Assembly (NCBI RefSeq): GCF_037042905.1 | Contig: NC_087246.1 | Span: 3,906,001 to 3,970,000, forward strand | DNA: 64,000 nucleotides | Direction of reading: 5' to 3' | Source: Lytechinus pictus | Lineage: Eukaryota | Shown: positions 48,101 to 59,000 of the stretch, in pieces | Numbering within the stretch: position 1 is the first letter of the stretch | How the letters are laid out: every line of letters begins with the position of its first letter | The notes under the pieces: model-generated | Told to the model about the DNA's origin: nothing | What the model saw: the letters and a program-made list of their open reading frames with translations, nothing else | Database searches by the model: none | Position numbers and translations under genes: made by a program

Positions 48101-50701
48101 AGCTAGTGAACCCCACCAGAAAATGAATATATTTAAAGTGTTAAAATGTTCTGCCATGTTTAAAGTATTTAATTGTAAAGCAGGTGATAAACTATTCCAT
48201 TCAATAAAGTTGATTTCTCTGGGCTTGCTGAACATTGTAGCATTGTTGTCTCCATTCAATATTCAGCTTGATGGATTGTATTTACTGATAGGGTTCATTA
48301 ACTTTTGAGTACAACTGTATATACTCTGTAGCAACTATAGAATCTACAGAATTACAAGAGAACTTGTCCATAATTGGTACTGAATGATTGGCATCATTTC
48401 CTTTAGACCCATAAACAAATGTTAAGGCTCTCTTTAGCAACCTGATCCTTTCTTTTAACATAAACACTGCACTTAAAATATTCTTTTTTTTTATTGAAAC
48501 AGGGCCAGAGAACGGTATATCGTCTTACTCTAGTCAAGGCATGGAACGATGAGGAGATACAGTCCTATGCAAACCTTGTACAACTCGGCAAACCAGATTT
48601 CATTGAGGTCAAGGTATAGACCCTCAACTCTTTACATTTAGCCATCCCACCTGGTTATACACAATACTGATGATCTCTCCTTATGGTCTAGGAAATAGTC
48701 TGAATTGTTGTTTTTATTGTGGTTTGGAGTGAACTTTGCATGACCTTAGTAAACTTGAAAAATCAATGATCTAGCATTCTGATTTTTTTTTTGCAATGAG
48801 AATGATAATCTACATAGATTTGAACTGAGCAGATGTGAATGAAAATAATTAAGAATTTAAATTGGCCACAATGAATAGGTCACAAGCCGTGTATAAAGTT
48901 GTTAATGACTAACTAACAGCTTTTTGAAACACCCCCAGATCTCTAAGCCTTCCCTTGTTCTGTTGTACTGTGTGATACAAAGTTCTAGGAGAAACCAGTT
49001 GTGCCCAACCAGCTCATAAATCACAATAGGTCTGACGAAATGAGCTCCAATCTTTTAAACTAGACTTTAAAAATGATCTTACATGTAAACAAATTCTTGA
49101 ATACTAGTATTATTTTTTATTTTACTTCACAATTCACATTTTAATTGTAGGTTATTGATTTAAAAAGGCAGATTTTAGCTTTGAATGAGGTTTAGTCCTG
49201 GTCAAGAGTTCAATGAAATAAACCACCTCAAAGTGATTGTTAAAGGTTGTTTATAATCTCTTTAATTGTCTGATTGTGATGGTTGTGGATGGGAAATGTT
49301 GAACTTTTAATTTGTTTTATTTATCTCAGGGTGTAACCTACTGTGGTGAATCTAAAGCTAGCACACTGACCATGCAGAACATCCCTTGGCATGAGGAAGT
49401 TGTTCATTTTGTACAGAAACTCATGGACCTTCTACCAGAGTATGAGATAGCTAGTGAACATGAACATTCAAACTGTGTTCTGGCAGCTAATACAAAGGTA
49501 CAACTATTGTATGGTATTGTCCTGCATATAGATGTTACTAAGTTAACAACGATGAGAATTTGTAATACATGTGAAATCTGTTTTCTATCATAAAAAATGT
49601 TGTTACTTTTGATTTATGAACTTGACTTGCCCATGTAAGACTATTATTAGTCAATATTGATCTCATCATTGACTGAAATATTTGTTCTGTATATAGTTAT
49701 TTGTTGTGTTTTATGTTTGTGTAATCAGATGACTCTTGAATTTTCAAAAAAAAGGTGTAGATGTGTTATGTTCTAGTACAGTTGTCACTGTACTTTATCT
49801 CACACTCAAACTTTTGATTATGTTGCGGCAATTTAATCCTTTGATATATCTACATTTGCCACTTATCTGACACCACCAAGGTGTAATTGGTTTTGGTAGG
49901 AAGGAATTATCCAAATACTGGAAATACTTGTTTGCCTTGTGCGAGTCTGGGATAATATGGGAGTATTTAAAGCAGCTTGTTTGTTGTTCAAGTTTGCTGT
50001 ATATGTTATAGCCAATAAGGCAACCTACCAATAGTCAGAGCTGTTTCTTTCCTTTAGTAATCTTGCAAGTAGCTTATCATTGCTAATTACATCATAGAAG
50101 AAACAATGAGGAATCTAGGAAAACCACTGATAGTGCCTTTCACAGTGAGATTCCTGTTAAAAAAGACACTACACACACTTTTTTTGTAAGGTGCTTTTTC
50201 TTTAATAGCAGAAGCAGTTGTAGTTTTCATGTTTACTATATTTTTTATTTCCATGCAGTTCAAGAAGAAACAGAGGAATCTAGGAAAGCCACTGATAAGT
50301 GCCTTTACTGTCAGATTCCTGTTAAAAGACACTGCACACACTTTTGATGAGGTGCTTTTTCTTTTCTAGCAAAAGCAGTTGTAGTCGTATTACTGTATTT
50401 TTAATTCATCTTTTGTATATTTGATTGCCTCTGGTATTTTCATTAGATTCCTTTATACTTTATTTTTGTTTCCATGTAGTTCAAGAAGGATAGTGAATGG
50501 TGGACTTGGATCGATTACCCACAATTCCATGCGCTGATGGCTGAATATGATGCGAGCGAGGGAAAGAAAACATTCACGGCAGAGGACTATATGGCAAAGA
50601 CCCCTTCATGGGCTGTGTACGGGTGCAAAGAGCAAGGTTTTGATCCGCAGGAGACTCGATTTTACAGGAAGGGAAAGAAGAAGGATATGGGTGGATGCTG
50701 A
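33167..50701 (+). CDS. TYW1: tRNA wybutosine-synthesizing protein 1 (flavodoxin + radical-SAM 4-demethylwyosine synthase), 17 coding exons, 721 aa
   Basis: Exons: 33167-33233, 38022-38149, 39213-39326, 40210-40308, 40783-40977, 41708-41807, 42353-42495, 42878-43021, 44084-44162, 44532-44584, 45201-45319, 46453-46562, 47313-47490, 47780-47915, 48503-48613, 49330-49497, 50480-50701. 2166 nt, phases consistent. Motifs: [10 protein letters not shown] and [11 protein letters not shown] (flavodoxin), [30 protein letters not shown] (CxxxCxxC), [28 protein letters not shown]. Exon 1 is the least certain. Confidence 0.95.
35606..36278. mobile_element. Foldback DNA element with ~200-bp near-perfect TIRs (TAGCCTGG...CCAGGCTA)
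   Basis: Arm ~35610-35805 is the reverse complement of ~36075-36264; 8-bp flanks ATTCACCT (35598-35605) / GTTCACCT (36279-36286). Confidence 0.82.
36313..36390 (-). pseudogene. tRNA-Cys(GCA)-like degenerate sequence / tRNA-derived SINE head
   Basis: Minus strand: A-box-like TAGCATAGCGGG, anticodon arm TTGA-CTGCAGA-TAAA resembling tRNA-Cys, B-box GTTCGAGTC; the acceptor stem does not pair. Confidence 0.4.
37346..37542. repeat. Foldback inverted repeat (~90-bp arms)
   Basis: AAAACTTGCCGATGTTTACATGGCCATCTTGTT...AGCTACTAGACGCATAT / ATATGCGTCTCGTAGCT...AACAAGATGGCCATGTAAACATCGGCAAGTTTT. Confidence 0.8.
41941..42021 (-). mobile_element. 5'-truncated 3' tail of a LINE/SINE with an (ATT)n tail
   Basis: Minus strand reads ...GGAGCGCCTTGAGCACCTAACAAGGTGGATATGTGCGCAATATAAATACCCTATATTATTATTATT: a stem-loop followed by a trinucleotide tail, as in L2/CR1-mobilised elements. 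Confidence 0.5.
50095..50490 (+). repeat. Local ~165-bp tandem duplication in TYW1 intron 16 that includes a copy of the terminal-exon acceptor
   Basis: GAGGAATCTAGGAAA(A/G)CCACTGATA..GTGCCTTT..AGATTCCTGTTAAAA occurs twice; TTTCCATG(C/T)AG|TTCAAGAAG at 50258/50259 and 50479/50480. Confidence 0.8.
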
Positions 50702-53700
50702 GCTGTCAAGTCTTATAGATAAAGATTCAATGTTGAAGTTAAGAAGCAGAAAGAAAGGAAATACCAGAGGCATTGACTAGGAGTATTCAGATGCAAAGTT
50801 AGTTACAGTGAAACAGATAATACCTTGTCAAGTATGAAACAAAATAAGGTATGTCATTTCATGATCAGGTTTAACTAAGTTGGGCAAACACTGTGCTTGT
50901 TTTCTGTGGAATACTTGCCAAGGACAAAAACTAGTGTTTTGTTCAGAGGAGACCTGATTCTTCAGGAAAAGAATTTAGTGGATGGTGAATTTGGAAGTCA
51001 TAAGCAATTTCTAGCTAGGAAATAAAATTGGACTTTCAATTGATGATGGAATAATAAGGATTGGTTGGGTCTACATGGTCTTTAAAGGGAGAAGGCCTAT
51101 CTGTTGAACGCTATCAATGTCATCTTGGCATTATTCCTTAGTTTTAAACACATGTGCAGAGTATTAGTTACCTAATTAAGACTAAAAACATTTTAAACAA
51201 TAACATCAGACTGCATCAGGATAGATCAAGGTATAAAATTAGGGCTAAATTATGCCGAAAATGTTTCTTTCTGCATTTCCATTCTGTCTTAAGTAGAAAT
51301 GCAGTGTTCCATGGGATGGGTTTCTGGAACATTGATGCATTGAAAAGTACATTCTAAGCTATGTATTTTGATGTTTCCAACAACTAAAATGCTGTCTCTG
51401 TGTTATAGATATTGTACAACATTGGTTTCTGAACTTCAACCAATGAAATAAAAAGTTAGAAGGATGAGCTTGTATTTTCTCCATTTTCCTGTCTGACGCC
51501 GCCAATATTAATCATGTCTCTAGTAAAGAAGAGACTGCCACAGATGGGACTCTAATTTTTAAGATTGCTTGGGCCTACTACAGCCAAAAAACTGTTTACA
51601 AGACACATTGTTGAATTTGGGCAATGAAATTAAGTTTTACAGCATGCCTATCAGTATCTTCTATTGGTTGACTTTATTCATGTAAGATATGACTTTGAAT
51701 ATTTTAACTGAGCAGAGTATGATCTTGATTGGCAAACTCAGTGGCTCAATGAGATAACTTGATTATTCTCACTGAAACTCCTGTATTGGAACTAATTCAT
51801 GATATTTGATGGTCAAGAATATTGATCTAACAGAACTAGTACCTCATTACAAGCATCAATATTGTTTTCTAGTAGTTGGTTAAAACACTCCTAATTTATA
51901 TGGTTAACCAATACTCATATGACCTAAAAAAATTTGTCAAAACCTTCATCATCATTATATCATATCTTTCACCTTCTTGATTGATAAGTTCATTTTGAAT
52001 GAAGGGCAAAAAAGAATCTGAAGAGGTGGCTTGCAGATTGATTTTGCCAGGTTTTATAACCAATATTGCTTGTTGGAAGCAAGCAAGGTCATACTTATCA
52101 TGACAATTTTTTTGTGAAGACTATGAAAGTTTTTTGTGTGTGTGCAAAATCATATATTTTCATTCAATTTTACATATTGACATATCACTTGAAAATATGG
52201 CTGAATAAAAACATGTGAATGCCGTTCAAATGACAGTTAAACACGTAAATTTATTCCTATTTTGACAGCCATTGACACTATAGAGAAAAAAGACTTCCCC
52301 AGAAGTTGCCAAAATTACACATTTCACATCTTTACATCCATGAAAATGAAATGGTCATCTGTTTTCAATATACCTTGAAATTATTTTGATTAAGTTACAA
52401 ACCTTCTTCTATCTTGACTCTGAAAGATCATTTTTAGTTGATATCACATGAGATCTTACTATAATGCATGTCTGCATGTGGAATAGAATGCCAAATTCTC
52501 TCCAAATATCATACCAATGGATGAGCCATGAATAAGTTATTGGATCATTGATATTGAACTTTATGCCTTTAGTGTCCTTTTCTCAACTTGAAAAAGAAAA
52601 ATCAAGATGGAGTCAAAAGGCAGGTAAATCAATGAAGTTTTGCTTTACCCATAATGCAACACGATTCTATCTTGAAGGTGATACAATCTTTATCTGTACC
52701 CACGGCCTGCTAGTTAACCCTTATCGCCCATTTATTAATAACCTTTTTCAAAATGAATGTAATGACTTGGGCCTACTCGAAAGGAAAGCATTTTGTTGAA
52801 GTCTGTTTTGCATTTTATTATGATAATGTTCATATCATTGTGCATATATTTGTGATGCAAAAAATAATAATCATTATATTAATCTATAAAAAGTATGTTC
52901 TACTTTCTGTGCCTTGATATGATGAATTAGTGTTAAAGCAGTGATAGATTGATTGTGTAAAATTATTGTATGAAATGTGAAATATTTTTATTTTCTCTTC
53001 ATTACAACGTGAATCAAAGTTGGATTCCTTCCTGAACATGTGTAATGGTTATCATTGTGACCTACTGTTATTCAATAAACAGTTTCCTTGCTATCAATTC
53101 TGCAAGAATTAAGATAAAATTCATGCAATTAATTACAAAAGAATAAGCGAGTGAATGTACCAACTTTCTCATTTTCATATGAATGTGATGTGCATAATAT
53201 TGTTTTTTTGAAAGATAAACAAAAATTAGAGAATTCATAACTTTCTTAATTACATCTGATTTTGATGAAATTTTCAGTGTTAATGCTTGTTTGATTTCTC
53301 TTCTTTTTTAAATTCAAATCAATGTTTTGTTGGATTGGACTTGCCCTTTTTTAATTGAAACACAGGGGAAATGTTTTATTATACAGAGGGAAAAATGCTT
53401 TTTATGAAATGATATTTTGAAAGTTTAAAAATTCTTGTATACTTTTATGATCCTAAAATAAGCAACTTTGCTTCATATTGTACCCTTTTCAGAGACATCT
53501 TATGTATCCTGGAGGAGTCTTCTATATTATTCTTGTCTCTTGAAACAATTATTTCTAGAAAGTGCCACAAGAACATGTGCCTATAACATTCTCTTTATAT
53601 GCATTTGCTGTCATGTTGTGTGTAATATATAATATTACTCATATTAGGTATAAAACCAACTTATTTCCATCATACAGGTTACTCTGCCTTAGTCAAATAT

Positions 53701-55335
53701 CTATGGACCCCAGAAGTCTGTTCAACCAAGGAGAATTTTGACTTAAAAGATGTTATTAACACACGTTTTGCATATTCTGGTCTATCAATAAATTGTGAGC
53801 AATTTATGGTCATTATTTGGGAATCCCACTACAGGAAAGCAACATTTCAAGTAAGGTTGATATCGTATTTACATCTTAACATTCAAAAAATGAATTTTGC
53901 TAAAGATGCAGTCACTATTTGTTCAGGTAGTTTAAGACCTGATCATCATGAGCACCTTGAAAAAAAAAGCTGTGCACACAATTTTAATGGCCCAGCACAA
54001 AGACTTAGAATGATTTATTTATTTTAAATGCTGTAAATTATTACACCCTTTGATGGAAATTAACAGAATGTTCTTTCATCGAAGGAGGCCCCTGTTTCAT
54101 AAAACTTGTTACCAATGACAAGTCTCTAGCTAATGTTATAAGCTACTGAAATGGTGCCATATGATTGATAGACAGCAAATTCACCATCAAATTTTTCGAT
54201 TTGTAACCATTTAGTTTTATGAAACAGAATTATTGTACTGCAATGATGAAATAGTCAATGAGAATTTTCTAAATATGTGGTATGATGTGGTTTTTATTTC
54301 TTTACATTATGTGTCAACTAATTCAGATGAAAATGCAGGGATCAATGGAATTATTCCAATGATGAAAAATGAAGTTACATGATGGGAAAAAGAACCGGTT
54401 GGTCAGTGTAAGAGAGGAATATATAATTGTCGAGACAATTAGTCATATCCTTTTTTTTAAGTTTGCTAGATGGGCCTCGAAAAAAATCTGAGAGTCAAAG
54501 TGGTCCTCGAGTAAAAAAAGGTTGAGAAGCACTGGTTATGCTATAGTCACAAATAAGTTTATGAATACCATACGAACGGATGACCATGTATTGCTATGTA
54601 TAAAAATCGTTTGTAAAGGTATTTGCAACCGTAGCTTTAATCATGATTTGAAAGTTAATGAAACTATAATACCCTAATATGTAATATCATGCTTATTTTT
54701 ATTCTTCTTTGTTTTTGTAAAAATATCTCCATTTATGGATTCATAAGTAAATTGATAATTTAAGTGTGTACATTTATTCACTGACATATTTTCCATGAAT
54801 AAATTATGGAGAAAAGTCTAAACATTTCGAGTTGTATACTTGTTCTTGAAAATTTGAAATTTTCCAGCTGGTTTGCTATGCTCCCTTTTAAAAATAATTG
54901 ACACACCTTGAAAAGATAGAATTACAGCCTCCCCCCCCCCCCCCCGATTCTGTCTCCTTGCTCCCCTTGAATGAAGCACAAAAATTGCACGCACTGTTTA
55001 CATGTAGATGAAAAGACTCTAAAATACATTAATAAAGTTTGAATATGATTTTTTGAGCTCACTCGCAGCTCTATCTCTCACATATTTACTGTACGGTCTA
55101 TTTAATTACCGAGGCAGGAGGAGAGGGGTTGGGTTGATTTACAGACGGTACGATCCTAGCCCCCTGGCCTAGTAGTTCCCTCTCCATTTCTCCTTGTATG
55201 GAAATGAACAATGTCACAAAATTGTATAGCCTCTAGAAGACCCACCCCCCAGAAAGAGATTCAGAACTGCACCAGCAGTTAACATAATATCGAAAACGAG
55301 CACAATTTCGTAATGCTCATTCATATTCAACAGTA

Positions 55336-55534
55336 CACAGTAAAAAAAAAATTATACAACGCTGTTTACTATATGAACCTTACACAGTAATTGTTTAAAC
55401 AGCTTAAACAAGTATAATTTTCAATATCTAATCTTCAATAAATTAAACATGATTGTTTAAACGGTTAAACAAATACTGTAAGGTTCATATAGTAAACAGC
55501 GTTGTATAAAATCTTGAACAGCGTTTTTACTGTG
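55336..55534. mobile_element. MITE with CACAGTAAAA termini and TA TSD, upstream of the PLPP-like gene
   Basis: TA-CACAGTAAAA ... TTTTACTGTG-TA; internal inverted arms TATACAACGCTGTTTACTATATGAACCTTAC / GTAAGGTTCATATAGTAAACAGCGTTGTATA. Confidence 0.8.
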
Positions 55535-56079
55535 TAGAGTTAATTCTGCTCCCATGGATCATGATTTCGTCCCCCCAAAATACCATTGTTCATTTCAATT
55601 TTATTATACTGTATAGGATAAATGAAGAAAAAAAAACATAATTGGATTGGCAAGACGTTATTCGATATGAATTAAAAGAAAGGGGGTGTAAGCAATGGAG
55701 GAGGAGGGGGGGGGTCGAGATATAAAGAAGAGAGAGAGATATAATATAGATTGTTAGAGAGGGTGAATTGTGAAAGGGGAATCAAATAAATGATTAGTGT
55801 AAGTTTACCCGCCAACCTGAGACCATTGGAGAAGTAGGTGGTGTTAGTAGAAAGAATGAGGGGGAATGCGAAAAAGATCTTCATGCGTGCTGCTGTGACA
55901 TATTTTGCCGACTTCGACTACTCGTTCTGTGCATTTGCTTCGCGGGCTCTGTGTTATTTTAAACCGCAAGCATGTCATTACCACGCGGTTCCCCCGGCAT
56001 CACATTCATGTTCGTGATTCGTTAGATTGAGCGGGATATTTATGCCTTTGTCGATCATGGGGATTCCCCAACCTCCATC

Positions 56080-59000
56080 ATGGCGTCGGATACAACAATG
56101 TCGGATACAACAATGTACTCCACTGTTTTCACTGACTTGAATATGCGGTTCGAATGGTTAATTGGTGAGTCAGATTTTTATACAATAAATTAGAAATATT
56201 GAATTCTGATGATATCGCGCTGGTTTTCATTAGCTCTGTATATCATTTTAAGTAGAATAAACTATAGGCCTATTATATATTACTCTAGCTGTATTTCTGA
56301 AAAACCACACTGGCAAGTCACGTTGCTTATTATATGGGCATACGCAGGGCATTGAATATGTTTGAGCTTTTATGTTCGTGATGTGCGATGATCTACATTC
56401 GTATATTATGTCTCCCATAATGCCATGAATGTATAATAATTATGTAGGAAATATGAAAAGCAGACTATTCGTTTTTTAAATATATTTTGACAGGGATAAG
56501 GGAGAGAGAGTGCGACTAAGAGAGAGAGAGAGAAGGCGAATAACGGCGATTCTTCTGTTCAATCATCTAATTCGACTAATTACCGTGGCGGATCCAGTAT
56601 TTCTTCAGGGGGTCTAAATAAGTCGAACATTTTTCATAAAAAATCAGACTAAAAAGAGGTCAAAACCAAGGTCACCACACTGTTAGTTTCTCTCTCAACC
56701 CCCCCCCCCACTCCAATCGACCCCCCGTTGAAAGGGGCTCCAATAAATTTTGTTTCCCCCTATTTTGTAATAGTTTTTTCCTCCCCTGGATCCACCACTG
56801 CACTATTCGAGTGTCCAGAATTAGACATTCTGTTTCTCTTCCCACTTGAACGTCAAGTCCACCCTAGAAAAATGCATGATGTGAATAAATAGAGATAAAT
56901 AAAATTAGCAAATGAGCATAATGCTGAAAATTTCATCCAAAAAAAATTCAATACATCGGATGTAAAATAAGAAAGTTATGGAATTTTAAAGTTTCGATTA
57001 TTTTTCACAAAACAGTAATATGGACTACTCAGTGACATGCAAATTAGACAGTTGATGATGTCCCTCCCTCACTTTTTCTTTTATTTTTTATTGTTTGAAT
57101 TAGACAATATTTCATTTGGTTTTCCAGATTTGACAATAAGGACCAACGTAACTGAACTGATATAATACTAAACAATGCTAATTCCACATGTTCAGGGAGG
57201 AATTAATCGCTGTTTCACTTGACAATGTGGAAAAAATAAGAATATTCCATGTTGCATTTAATAATATACAAGAGAAATAGTGAGTGGATGATGTCATCAG
57301 TCTCCTCATTCATTTGCATACCGACAGCGTGTGTGTATAATTGTTTTGTGAAATTAAGCGAAACTTAAAAATGTCATAACTTTCTCATTCTAAATCCGAT
57401 TTTGGTGAAATTTTCAGTGTTATGTTTGTTGGGTTTTCTTCTTTTTATCCAAATAAAGTTTTTGTTGGGGTGGACTTGTCCTTTAATCAGAAGACAAAAC
57501 AGACTATTGCCTTGACTGGCAATGCAATTACCATGATGATGGTTATGGGTAAAAGCAAATGCTATGTTCATTATCCTGCTAGTATTAAACTTACATAATA
57601 TTTGATTCGGTTATGTAAATACCACAACCTATATCAGCCTTGATAAAAAGTGGGATCTGAATTTAACTTTTGATATGATTTAAAATGTCTGTGTCACGCC
57701 TGTGTCATGTTATTCTTGATTATTTATTGAATTCTTTGACAATTATCTTTGGAAATTTTTCTCTTATCGCTAGTACATTTCATAAAAAATCATGTCTTCA
57801 CAGATTTTGTTAGAAATTTGGGTCTGTATTTTCGAAATAATTATATATATATTATCTTTGCATTCGTTTTTTCAGATCTCTTCAATGAAACGTTGCATAA
57901 TTATGAACGACCGGTTAAAAGGGGTTTCTTCTGTTCGGATACTTCTATCCGATATCCATATTTTTCGGATGATACTATCAGCATATTCACTCTGTTGTGC
58001 ATCATAACCGTGCCACTGTTATTTGTAAGTTCAAATGTTTGTATATATTGACCCCAAACAGGGACGGACATTTTAAGGACTATATTTTAGGAATCCATTA
58101 AGAGTATACATGTACATACTCTTACTCTGTGGTTGCCACGCAGCCAAGCTAGCTTATAGTGGCAACCCCTGCAACCTTCTAAAAATCGATATGTTTTAAT
58201 AGAAAATGCAATTTTGTTCAATGTTTTGCTTGTCAGTTATATGTATATTATTATTGTATTTTCTTTGTTAATGTGTTTATGAAAAAGTATTGCAGAAACC
58301 AATAGATGAAATGAAACACATATATCTCACCATAGTCATCTAATTCGAGTGCCGAGGCGCCTGCTGATTTTGTTAGAATTGCATCTAAACACATGAGACA
58401 CTTGTAGTCATTGTAATCAAGATTAACATACGCATCTCACCAATCAAATATTGCGAGCGCGAAGCGCGAGCTGAAAATTTAGGAAATTCAGACCTGAAGA
58501 GGGACATTTTAAGGCTTGTTTGTAGGAATTCACAAAGACCATACGCATTTTACTAACCAAATGATGCGAGCGCGAAGCGCCAGCTGAAATTTTTGTATAT
58601 ATTGACCCTAAACAGGGATATTTTAAGGACTATTTTTTAAGGAATCCATTAAGAGTACACATATCTCACCATAGTCATCTAATGCGAGTGCCAAGCGCAT
58701 GCTGATTTTGTTAGAATTGCATCTAAACACATGAAGTACTTTTTGTAGTCATTGTAATTATGATTTAACATATGCATCTCACTAATCAAATATTGCGAGT
58801 GCGAAGCGCGAGCTAAAATTTAGGAAATTCAGACCTGAAGAGGGGCATTCTAACTCTTGTTTGTAGGAATTCACGAAGACCATACGTATTTCACTAACCA
58901 AATGATGCGAGCGCGAAGCGCAAGCTGAAAATTTTTGATATTCAGATCAGAAAAAGGGACATTTTAAGGACTGATTTTAGGAATTCATGAAGAGCAGACA

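Noticed and set aside
50690-50710. TYW1 ends GGC-TGA, resembling a thioredoxin-reductase-type Gly-Cys-Sec motif
   Set aside because: Other TYW1 proteins also end in ...GC, the next codon is Ala rather than Gly-stop, and no SECIS was recognised; treated as a normal stop.
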